IMG/VR virus record: IMGVR_UViG_3300042879_004726
Span: 5,771 to 69,770 of that record
Origin: a virus
Direction: 5' to 3' (one strand)
Length of the DNA stretch: 64,000 bases
Positions 28,424 to 36,988 of the stretch are shown here, piece after piece (within the stretch, counting starts at the first letter, position 1; the number at the start of each line of letters is the position of its first letter). A program made the position numbers and the translations under genes. The notes beneath the pieces were generated by a model, which did no database searches, was not told where the DNA came from, and was given only the letters and a program-made list of their open reading frames with translations.

Positions 28424-28567
28424 TTGTTTAAAATTTTTTCAGGATAATTTTTATATTCCAATTGTTCTTTTGTGATATTTTTACTGTTCGTTTTTGAGTT
28501 GCTCATATAAGTCACCTATACATACATCTATTATACCATTATTTATTGTAGTCTCAAAGGATAACGA
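28076..28567 (-). mobile_element. Atypically split intein in gp17 (IntN 28567-28484, IntC 28423-28076)
   Basis: EFE|SLSFETTINNGIIDVCIGDLYEQLKNEQ* and MHTIP...KILSPEG...CSLDHP...LYDIVN...VSHN|CEF. Confidence 0.9.
28399..28506 (-). pseudogene. 35-codon remnant of an intervening endonuclease gene
   Basis: Third-frame ORF MSNSKTNSKNITKEQLEYKNYPEKILNKCIQFLKA* overlapping the IntN end and the IntC start. Confidence 0.55.
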
Positions 28568-30238
28568 TTCAAACTCAACCTTAAATTGTTGTTCGCTGGT
28601 GTTAGCAATTGTCTGTTTTTTCCATTCTTCATCTCTACCAGGAACCTCACTCCAATGAACATCGGTAAAAATATATTCATTTTTACCTTTTTCAGCATCG
28701 TGCCACATTCGGTAGAAATGATTCATACCGTGTGGAGTTGATACAATAATTACTTTTGTCTGTTTACCTGAAGTAATTGTAGGATATACTGATGCGAAGA
28801 AAGAATCTGCGATATGATTTGGTACGAACGCAAATTCATCCAAAAATAAAATATTGAATGACATACCACGAACCGCAGAAGCAGAAGTAGAAGCAGCCAA
28901 GATTTTACTTCCATTTTCCAATTCCAATGAACCTTTATTCCAAGAAATAATTCCTTGCTGCATCCATTTTGGTAGATTTTCATATGCTGTTTGCAATCTA
29001 TCTAAAAGTTCTCTTGCAGTTGCTGCCTTGTTTGCAAGAATACCAATATTTACATTATCATTAAATACTGCATAATGTAAAAGGAATGCAACTACTGTTG
29101 TTGAATTGTGTGTAGGTATAAAAGTTTTTCCACATAAAAATAAATGATCTTGATTATCAACTGAAATGCATTGCATAGGTTCAGTTTCAATTTTACGAAT
29201 ATCTTTAATATAAAGTCTTTTATTTTTTGGATGGTCTAAACTATTTTTTTGTCTTTCTAATTTTCTTGGTAACGTAAAAACTTCATATTTATTTGTACAA
29301 AAACTTATGGTTCCATATAATCCAGAATAACCGGATATTTTTTTGTACCTTAGTCTACTTTTAATACCCAATGAAGATAATAACTCTCTGACTTGATGTA
29401 ACAATTTTCCATCTTTTTGATAAAATTCACAAGCACCATTTGGAGATACTGAACCATCAGTATCCATCAATCCCTTTAAAAGTTCTAATCTTTGTGAAGT
29501 TGAAGATCTTAAATATTCTTCTGGAATGATTTTTTCAGATATTTTGTTTATATCTTCATATAAACCAGTAATTGCACCATTTGATTTTGAACCATCTCCT
29601 AACCAAACGCCAAGAGTATAGGGGTCTATTGGAAGCTTAATTTCTGGTAAATCAATTGATTCATTTATTTGGATATAAATTGATGACGATTTAAATACTT
29701 TTTTAAGACAATTAAATTTTTCTATAATTTGATTTGTAGTCAGTATTTTTTCTTTATGATACCAATCACTATGAGAAACTTTCCATAAATGTTCACCACA
29801 TGCTTTTATAATTTCTCCATTATCAAATTCAATCTCATAAGTATCTATTTGTTGTATAGGAGATTTTCCAATTACTTTTGTAGTTTTCCCATCTCTTGCA
29901 AAAATAAGATCACCCACATTCAAATCTCCCATATTAGTCCATCCAGTTGGTGTTGGGATGGGTGTATCAAGGGACAACATTTTTCCAGTCTGACGAGGCA
30001 TCTTACAGATATTAAATCTGTGTTTATGGAAATTATTAATTAACTTTTCTTGAAAATGATATGGTTTAAATGATTGTAGTCCATGATCAAGAGTAACAAT
30101 TTTTACATAATTATTTGCAAAATAAACAGGATCATTCATACACTTCACAATCTCAAAAACCTGCTCTTCTGTAAACTCGTGAGTGGTATTTGCTTTTTTA
30201 AGTAAAGGATTGCCAAGATATACATCATTATTTGACAT
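28481..30238 (-). CDS. gp17: Terminase large subunit N-terminal (ATPase) fragment with internal intein and split-intein N-part
   Basis: YLGNPLLK, MPRQTGK|...|STT Walker A, LFLDEFAF Walker B, IVSTPHG, WSEVPGRD. Confidence 0.95.
   Translation of the reverse strand: MSNNDVYLGNPLLKKANTTHEFTEEQVFEIVKCMNDPVYFANNYVKIVTLDHGLQSFKPYHFQEKLINNFHKHRFNICKMPRQTGKMLSLDTPIPTPTGWTNMGDLNVGDLIFARDGKTTKVIGKSPIQQIDTYEIEFDNGEIIKACGEHLWKVSHSDWYHKEKILTTNQIIEKFNCLKKVFKSSSIYIQINESIDLPEIKLPIDPYTLGVWLGDGSKSNGAITGLYEDINKISEKIIPEEYLRSSTSQRLELLKGLMDTDGSVSPNGACEFYQKDGKLLHQVRELLSSLGIKSRLRYKKISGYSGLYGTISFCTNKYEVFTLPRKLERQKNSLDHPKNKRLYIKDIRKIETEPMQCISVDNQDHLFLCGKTFIPTHNSTTVVAFLLHYAVFNDNVNIGILANKAATARELLDRLQTAYENLPKWMQQGIISWNKGSLELENGSKILAASTSASAVRGMSFNILFLDEFAFVPNHIADSFFASVYPTITSGKQTKVIIVSTPHGMNHFYRMWHDAEKGKNEYIFTDVHWSEVPGRDEEWKKQTIANTSEQQFKVEFESLSFETTINNGIIDVCIGDLYEQLKNEQ
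29105..29980 (-). mobile_element. Class-3-type intein (Met1) with LAGLIDADG domain in the gp17 P-loop
   Basis: GK|MLSLDTPIPTPTGW...ACGEHLW...LGVWLGDG...LKGLMDTDG...MQCISVD...IPTHN|STT; 292 aa. Confidence 0.92.
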
Positions 30239-30244
30239 AATATA

Positions 30245-30658
30245 TTAACCTTTATTTTTTAAGTATAAAATTGCATTTTCTAAATTTTTAATATTATCCT
30301 TAAAATTTCCTAGACCTCTGTTACAATGATGGCATAACATGCCACGAAATTTTCCTGTTCTGTGATTGTGGTCCATAACTAATGAATAAATTTTTCCAAC
30401 ATGAATATTATTTCTAGAACCTGCTACTTCATTTCCACCACATATATCGCACTTTTCTTGTTGTTTTAATTTTCTAACCTCATCATCACTTAATTGCCCT
30501 CTAAATTTTCCTCTACATATTTCTGCTCTATAAGTTGCCCTGCATTTTCTACACCAACTATCCAATCCGTCTTTACATTTGTTATGCGGAGGAAAATTTA
30601 TAGTGTCTCTTGGTTTATTTTCTTTACATCTAGTGCAAGTTTTTGTATTCATGCCCAT
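30245..30658 (-). CDS. Endonuclease VII-family HNH endonuclease (probable free-standing homing endonuclease)
   Basis: CDICG...LVMDHNHRTGKFRGMLCHHCNRGLGNFKDN; N-terminal CxxC...CxxC. Confidence 0.85.
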   Translation of the reverse strand: MGMNTKTCTRCKENKPRDTINFPPHNKCKDGLDSWCRKCRATYRAEICRGKFRGQLSDDEVRKLKQQEKCDICGGNEVAGSRNNIHVGKIYSLVMDHNHRTGKFRGMLCHHCNRGLGNFKDNIKNLENAILYLKNKG

Positions 30659-30702
30659 ATCACAACTTTAATATTATTTATGTAATGAAGTAGGCATGAA
30701 AT

Positions 30703-32802
30703 TTACCACTTTACTTTATTTGCCCAATAAGCTGCTGACATTGGACCTTTCGCAATATTTTTTGCATGTCTAGATTGAAATTTATGGCGGCGACTTGCAT
30801 ATGCTTTAGACTCACCTTTCTTTTTAGGTGAACCTTTCACTCCCTTTTGCCCAAAACGAATAATTTTCTCCTCTCCCCCAGAACATGCCTTAACAACATG
30901 TGATTTTCCTGTAAGAGAATCTCCTACTGCTTGTGATTTTGGTTTATTACACTTCATTTTTGATTTATCTAATCTAACTGCTTCATCAACTTCAACCTCC
31001 TCACTCATTGGCTTTATATAATTTTTATTTGGCCCTAATTTTGCTGAACTTCCTCCTTGAGGACCAAATACTTGAATGAGTGGCTGTCCTGGTTGAATTT
31101 CTGATGCAGTATGATGAATAACTACACAACCTGGATAAACTTTTTTAAGTTCATCATTTAATTCTTTTCTAGTTGGAAGTTTTATTTGTGGGAAGAACAT
31201 TTTAATATAATAATACTTTCCCCTCCAAGAAATAGTTGTGGCAATTACATTTCCAGTTTGTGATTGAAGTCTTGTTGCTTCGTTTACCTGAGATTTAAAT
31301 CCTTTAATTGGTTCTGGTTTTATTAAGTCTATAACCTCAGCAAAAGTATTTCCTTCTGAATCTTCTATTGTTATATCTTCAGTTTTTACACAATTTGGAT
31401 ATTTTTTACCGAACATTTTCTTCATTCCCTTTTTTTTATAACCTGCCCAACACTTTTCATTAATAATTTCATCTATGAGTTTGGTTGAAATACATTCTTC
31501 TTTATTTAAATCAATAGGGGGTAAATCAACTGGACCCATTAATTTTTTTACCATTTCTGATGGTAATTGTACTCTTTGTTTTGGTGTCATATTATGAAGT
31601 TTTTGTTGTGGCTTTGTGAGTGGTTTTTTATTGCTACTAATAATAAAACTTTTTGATTCATCAACATCCATCTCACCACTATCAACATAATCCGCCGCAG
31701 CATCAAGATAATCTGCTGCTTTAGTAATCTTTGATTGAACCCATGCTTCTATATTTCCTTCACCTTTCATTTTTTTCTTAAGTCTTTTTACTGCAGATGC
31801 AATAGTTGAGAGTTCTGATCTTGCCATTGAATGTTCATGATCTTTTTCGTTTGACTCTTTAATTGAGCATTCGTCTTTACCGTGTATATCACAAAAAACA
31901 CCCCTTTTCGTGTTATTACATTTTTTCGGTCCTTCAACTGGTTTTCCTATACCAACTTCTGTTGGTTTAATTGATTGTCCTGGAGTGTTAAATCCTGCTG
32001 GTATTGGTTTACACACTTCGTCAGTATTACACCAATACATTCCTTTACCACACTTTTCTTCACCAATAATTCTTTCAACTATAGTTGGATATGATTCATT
32101 TTTATTTCCCCAATTTTTAGCACCAACTTTACGACATTTAACAAGTGCTCCAGAGGCATATGCACTTGGCCAAACATCATAACGAGATTTTACTTTATGG
32201 TAACAAGCATCCTTTTTACCATCACTTTTATTTTTTTTATTCTTTAACTCATGTAAATTTACTTCTTCAGTTTTTACATTTGTTGGTTTAGAACCACCAG
32301 TTTTTTCTGGTTGATTTGGATCTTTTCTGTTTTTTCTTCTAAACGCACGTTCTTCTTCTTCGTCCGATAGATTTGATGCCATCTTAGAACTTCCACACTT
32401 TGGAGTCGATTTTTGTCCTTGTTGACGCGCACATGGGGCACCCGCAAAAGGACCACCTATCTGCACCCATCCCTTTACAGTTTTTCCAGTTTTGGGGTTT
32501 TTTCCACTGGATTTTTTAAACCAATCGTGAAGACTTTCATCTCCAGATTTAGTTTCTTCTTTCACATCTTTAAATTTTTTATGATTCTTTTTGGCCTCTG
32601 CTTCCATTTTTTTCAAACGGGTATAATAATCTGGAATTTCATCAAGATGTTGAAGAGCAATATCTCTAGCCAATTCATGATTATTGGTGTGTTCATGTTC
32701 AATAGGCTCTCCCATATCAAGTTGATTTTGTATAAAGGAAGCATCAAGACGATGCTTTTTTGCAATTTGTTCAACTGTTTTATAAGATTTTAATTTTGCC
32801 AT
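30703..32802 (-). CDS. Modular Lys/Cys-rich hypothetical protein between gp16 and gp17
   Basis: 699-aa ORF made of small motifs (EHEHT..HLDEIPDYY, KDACYHKVK, AWVQSKIT, CWAGY..PNCV, SAAYWA) separated by xxE linkers. Confidence 0.8.
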   Translation of the reverse strand: MAKLKSYKTVEQIAKKHRLDASFIQNQLDMGEPIEHEHTNNHELARDIALQHLDEIPDYYTRLKKMEAEAKKNHKKFKDVKEETKSGDESLHDWFKKSSGKNPKTGKTVKGWVQIGGPFAGAPCARQQGQKSTPKCGSSKMASNLSDEEEERAFRRKNRKDPNQPEKTGGSKPTNVKTEEVNLHELKNKKNKSDGKKDACYHKVKSRYDVWPSAYASGALVKCRKVGAKNWGNKNESYPTIVERIIGEEKCGKGMYWCNTDEVCKPIPAGFNTPGQSIKPTEVGIGKPVEGPKKCNNTKRGVFCDIHGKDECSIKESNEKDHEHSMARSELSTIASAVKRLKKKMKGEGNIEAWVQSKITKAADYLDAAADYVDSGEMDVDESKSFIISSNKKPLTKPQQKLHNMTPKQRVQLPSEMVKKLMGPVDLPPIDLNKEECISTKLIDEIINEKCWAGYKKKGMKKMFGKKYPNCVKTEDITIEDSEGNTFAEVIDLIKPEPIKGFKSQVNEATRLQSQTGNVIATTISWRGKYYYIKMFFPQIKLPTRKELNDELKKVYPGCVVIHHTASEIQPGQPLIQVFGPQGGSSAKLGPNKNYIKPMSEEVEVDEAVRLDKSKMKCNKPKSQAVGDSLTGKSHVVKACSGGEEKIIRFGQKGVKGSPKKKGESKAYASRRHKFQSRHAKNIAKGPMSAAYWANKVKW

Positions 32803-32830
32803 TGAGTTTATAATTACCTTTTTATATTTA

Positions 32831-33262
32831 TTAATCTATACTATCTTTAGATTGTTGTTTTAAAAGTTTAGATAATTCGGCAGTTGAGCCTACAAATAAT
32901 GCATTGTTAACTGTTGTAGGTCCTTTTGGCTTATCGTCTTCAATATCCTTTAAAGTTTTTTGGAGTTGTAATAATTTTTCTGCAGTTTCTCCCGTGTTTT
33001 TTATCAATTGACCAACAACTTCATATGCACGAGGAGCTGCAGTGTCTTGGGCCAATTCAAGAATTCCATTAATTGCTTCTTGTCCCTTTTCAATTAATGA
33101 ATATAAATTTGCTCTTGCATATTCATAATCTTTTTTAATATCAATATCTCCTATAATATCTGGTTTAATTTCATCTACGGAAAGCTGTTCTTCTGGTGAA
33201 ACTATTTCTCCCTTTACATTAAAAGTTTCATTTAATTTATCAAATTTTTTTGTCATTTTCAT
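32831..33262 (-). CDS. gp16: Terminase small subunit
   Basis: DYEYARANL, PRAYEV, NNALFVGSTAEL. Confidence 0.94.
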   Translation of the reverse strand: MKMTKKFDKLNETFNVKGEIVSPEEQLSVDEIKPDIIGDIDIKKDYEYARANLYSLIEKGQEAINGILELAQDTAAPRAYEVVGQLIKNTGETAEKLLQLQKTLKDIEDDKPKGPTTVNNALFVGSTAELSKLLKQQSKDSID

Positions 33263-33267
33263 AGATA

Positions 33268-34281
33268 TTATAAAATAGATCCAGTAAATCCAAAATCATC
33301 TCCTATTTCTATTAAATTATTATCTGCAGCTGTTATAAGTTTAACTTCAGTTCCTGATACATGATTTGAAACTTGTGTAGAATCAGACCCCCTTACAACA
33401 GTTAAAATGTTATTTGATTTTGATTTCACATACATAGACTCATCATTTATTGTAATGTAAGAACCTGATGATATTGTAGATGCATTAACTACTGTAATTA
33501 AATATTCTGAGGTATCAATATCTTTTGATAATGTCGTAACAACATTATTTGTATAACTTTGCAATGCTCTTGGTGAAGATGAATACACAAGGTCTCGTCC
33601 TGTAGATTTAGAATCCGCTCCTGGAGAATTTGCAGACATAAATCCAATAGAAACTTTTTGAATAATATCTTTTTCTGCTTTTGATACAGGTCCAAAAAGA
33701 TATATTTTAGCAGTAAATCGTAAAGTATAAATTAAAGCCCGTCTTGTACTAAAGTCTCCTTCATAATCATCTGTCATAGTAATTCCCTCTAAAACAACAG
33801 GAATATCTCTTTTTTCATCTATTTCATCGATTAATTTCAAAGACATATTATAAGAAGGTTGAAAATATGGTAATATCTGTTCTATTATTTGAAGCATATC
33901 ATCATTAATTTTAGTCATAATATTGAGTTCAAATTCCATATTATATGGAACTGGCATAAATGATTTTCTAACGTCTTTTTTATCTGAACTTAAAGATGTA
34001 ACAAAAGTTTGAGTTGTTGTTACTTTTCTTGTTGAATCATAATTTAAACCAATGAATTCAAAGGACATTCTTGGTAATGTAATTTGAATCGGTTTATTTA
34101 AATCTGGAGATTGCTCCAATCTTGCTAAGAATTTTTGGGATGGTCCATACGATAAAGGAACTTTTATTTCACTTACTACCTGTGATGAATTATTTTTATG
34201 TTTAATTATAATATCATTAAACAAAGAACCAAATGATATTATAGTTTTTCTTAATATTTCGTGATAAAAATATTCAAACAT
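33268..34281 (-). CDS. gp15: Tail sheath stabilizer / completion protein
   Basis: YFYHEILRK...FGSLFN, KVPLSYGP..KF, LPRMSFE, QIIEQILPYFQP. Confidence 0.94.
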   Translation of the reverse strand: MFEYFYHEILRKTIISFGSLFNDIIIKHKNNSSQVVSEIKVPLSYGPSQKFLARLEQSPDLNKPIQITLPRMSFEFIGLNYDSTRKVTTTQTFVTSLSSDKKDVRKSFMPVPYNMEFELNIMTKINDDMLQIIEQILPYFQPSYNMSLKLIDEIDEKRDIPVVLEGITMTDDYEGDFSTRRALIYTLRFTAKIYLFGPVSKAEKDIIQKVSIGFMSANSPGADSKSTGRDLVYSSSPRALQSYTNNVVTTLSKDIDTSEYLITVVNASTISSGSYITINDESMYVKSKSNNILTVVRGSDSTQVSNHVSGTEVKLITAADNNLIEIGDDFGFTGSIL

Positions 34282-34313
34282 TTAAAAGATACCTTTATAC
34301 CATATTGATATAT

Positions 34314-35690
34314 TTAGGGCATACCAAAAGGATTTTTTTCACTAAAGTCTATGATTGAAGCAGATTCTTCTTGTATGTCTTTATTTTCTGCATAAAAATC
34401 TGTAACATTATAATTTTGAGTTGAAATTAATTTTCTAGATGCGCTACTAGCAGTTCCAACTATACTTTCACCTGGAGTAAATTTACCTGAAACTTTTGAT
34501 ATTTTAAGTTCATTCGTAGTTGAGTTCCAAGAGTTAACAATGGCTTTAGTTCCACTTGTTGAGCCAATAATAATTTCATTAACTTTAAATGTTCCAATAC
34601 TTACATATGGTGGAGCTGCTATAGTTATTGTAGGTATTGAAGTATAACCAACTCCACAATCTATCATAGCGATTGAAGTCACAACTCCAGATGAATTGAT
34701 ACTCGATACTGCAATTGCAGTTGTTCCAATTCCAGGAGAACTTACCGTGACAGTTGGAGATAATACATACCCAGAACCTCCATTTGTTACACTAATAATT
34801 CCAACTATTCCATTAGCAATTTCTACAGTTGCTGTAGTTCCAGATCCTCCACCACCAATAAATGAAATACTTGGAGTAACAGTGTATCCTAAACCAGAGT
34901 TTGTAATTAAAACACCTTGAACTTTATTTGATGTTACTCCATTACAATCTATAATATCAGATATCATAGTTGCTATTCCAGTTGCGGTTACACCGCCAGC
35001 TGGAGCAGATGAAAATACTACATTTGGAATTGAAGTATACCCTCTACCTCTATTCGTAATTGTAACTTTTCTTACTCCACCATTGAATATTGATGCAACC
35101 GCTGTTGCTGTGGATGCAATTCCCACTAAAGTTAAAGTTTGAACGTAACCTTGGTCCTGTACGTTATCATCTATATTTTCTATGCTAGTATCAATAAGTT
35201 CATCTTCATATCTGAATAGTTCACAAGTAAGTTGATATGTATAGTTCTTTTGTAATTGATAAAATGGTTTTTCGTGCTCTACATATTTTATTTCAAAAAG
35301 TCTATCACCCAAAGGAAAATAAATTAAATCTCCTTCCTTTGGTCTTGATGATAATTTTATATCTGTAATATCTTTTATCAAAGGTGAAATGTAAGTTTCA
35401 AATCTCTCCCTTGATATTGTGATTGTTAAATCGTCTAACTCCTGTATTCCAAATTTGGACATCAATGTTCCCAATCCATTATACCCATCATAAGTTTCAA
35501 CATAGGCTTCTATTGGATAAGCGTTTTCAAATTTAGATTCAATAACTTCCTTTATAATTGATTTAGTTGTTACATATTTTCTAGGTAAGTAATATACTTC
35601 AACTCCATACATTCTCAATTGTTCATTGATTAAATCTTGGATTAATCCTTGTTCTGTTTTTGAACCTTGTTGGAAAAATGGATTAAGCAT
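34314..35690 (-). CDS. gp14: Neck protein with inserted G.GYT repeats
   Basis: EQ.LIQDLINE, RPKEGDLIYFP, FEIKYVEHE.PFYQL, DFSEKNPFG. Confidence 0.93.
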   Translation of the reverse strand: MLNPFFQQGSKTEQGLIQDLINEQLRMYGVEVYYLPRKYVTTKSIIKEVIESKFENAYPIEAYVETYDGYNGLGTLMSKFGIQELDDLTITISRERFETYISPLIKDITDIKLSSRPKEGDLIYFPLGDRLFEIKYVEHEKPFYQLQKNYTYQLTCELFRYEDELIDTSIENIDDNVQDQGYVQTLTLVGIASTATAVASIFNGGVRKVTITNRGRGYTSIPNVVFSSAPAGGVTATGIATMISDIIDCNGVTSNKVQGVLITNSGLGYTVTPSISFIGGGGSGTTATVEIANGIVGIISVTNGGSGYVLSPTVTVSSPGIGTTAIAVSSINSSGVVTSIAMIDCGVGYTSIPTITIAAPPYVSIGTFKVNEIIIGSTSGTKAIVNSWNSTTNELKISKVSGKFTPGESIVGTASSASRKLISTQNYNVTDFYAENKDIQEESASIIDFSEKNPFGMP

Positions 35691-35696
35691 TTAAAT

Positions 35697-36551
35697 CTAC
35701 CCAATCATATCTAAAGGCGGAAGTTCATAAGTAGAAGACATTTTTTCCATCAAAACATCGATTTCTCTTTGTGCATCATCATACATTTGTCTTCCATTCA
35801 ATTCCACTCCACCAGGAAGCTTAACTCCTGTAAATTTCATCATATTTTGCCCCCATTGTCTTTTTATCAATGAGGTTAAATAAGGTTTTAAGAATGAATC
35901 ATTCCATACTCTTGAATAATCATTTGGATCTAGAGCTGCATAGCAATCTATAATAAAATATTTACCCACAGATACTGAAGACCAATCAATATCTAAATAT
36001 AGTCTATCTTGTCTTTTATTAAATCTTATTTGTTTTTGCGTATTTAAAAGAAAATCTAAATCTTCCAAATAAGTTTTCACCATAGCATAACTAAGAAGTT
36101 CTACTGAACCCCAATAGTAAATATCATTTAAAAATAATTGATATTTTACACTGAACATATTATGTGTAATTGTATTTGTACCATCAAATGTAAATATTTT
36201 ATTCACCCCAATAACATTTGGGGGTACTTGTAAGTAATTGCTATTTTCATAAAAATTAAATGTTGTTGCAGTTCCAACTATATTTGTTGTTACTGAAGTA
36301 CTTGCAATACCTACAGAACTTTTAGCATTAGCTCCATATCCAGCTCTACCCCTATCAATGTCATTTTGTGTTACTTGATACTTAAAAAACGTTGGGTATA
36401 CTCCATCAAAGTGCCTTTCTTGAAAAAACTGAACTGCATCATCAACTAAATCTTCAATTTGCTCATCCGCAACATTAATTTCTAAAACTGGCGCTCCCAG
36501 TTTTCTTTTGCAGTAATCAATTAATTCTTGTCTGGTGGATGGTTGCGCCAT
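35697..36551 (-). CDS. gp13: Neck protein
   Basis: LGAPVLEINV, HFDG, KRQWGQN..KF.GVKLPGGV.LNG. Confidence 0.95.
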   Translation of the reverse strand: MAQPSTRQELIDYCKRKLGAPVLEINVADEQIEDLVDDAVQFFQERHFDGVYPTFFKYQVTQNDIDRGRAGYGANAKSSVGIASTSVTTNIVGTATTFNFYENSNYLQVPPNVIGVNKIFTFDGTNTITHNMFSVKYQLFLNDIYYWGSVELLSYAMVKTYLEDLDFLLNTQKQIRFNKRQDRLYLDIDWSSVSVGKYFIIDCYAALDPNDYSRVWNDSFLKPYLTSLIKRQWGQNMMKFTGVKLPGGVELNGRQMYDDAQREIDVLMEKMSSTYELPPLDMIG

Positions 36552-36576
36552 TTTTATATTTTATTCCTTAAAATAT

Positions 36577-36759
36577 TTAGATAATATTTTTAACATTAAT
36601 ATTTGAAACAACTTCTTGCTGTTTTAAATATAATTTATAAAAAGATTTTGCAATATCCCTTAAACTTTTACAGTCATTAATTGAATCAATTTCTCTTGAA
36701 TATTTTACATACTCAAAATTTTTATTTAAGCTTTCAAGAACAATATCATCTGGGTTCAT
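36577..36759 (-). CDS. Small helical protein, possibly NblA-like
   Basis: 60 aa with helix-loop-helix pattern LESLNKNFEY...KLYLKQQEVV; overlaps the upstream gene. Confidence 0.65.
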   Translation of the reverse strand: MNPDDIVLESLNKNFEYVKYSREIDSINDCKSLRDIAKSFYKLYLKQQEVVSNINVKNII

Positions 36760-36988
36760 TAATAATACTCCTGAGTAATGTTTTTATTTCATCTAAACTT
36801 GTCTTTATAGTTGTTATTTCATTTTCAAGTTCATTGATTTTTGATTGTTCACCTTTAACTTTATTTCTTCTTGTAATATAAGTATCATAATCACTTTTAT
36901 TTGTATTAACTATTGCATTTGATTTTAGATCTCTATAGAGGTCCTTTTGACCTTCAACTGGAATTAAATTCATATCAAGCAAGGGCAA
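36746..36988 (-). CDS. Conserved hypothetical protein
   Basis: PVEG..DLYRD..SNAIVNTN plus coiled coil; coupled to the large structural gene. Confidence 0.75.
   Translation of the reverse strand: MPLLDMNLIPVEGQKDLYRDLKSNAIVNTNKSDYDTYITRRNKVKGEQSKINELENEITTIKTSLDEIKTLLRSIINEPR

Noticed and set aside
28424-28480. Group I intron or simple frameshift explaining the gp17 break
   Set aside because: The gap is only 57 nt with stops in both flanking frames, and both sides carry split-intein motifs
30245-30658. Calling this gene the T4 gp49 Holliday junction resolvase
   Set aside because: It has the EndoVII catalytic motif, but the extra N-terminal zinc finger and its position beside gp17 fit a homing endonuclease better; no gene symbol assigned
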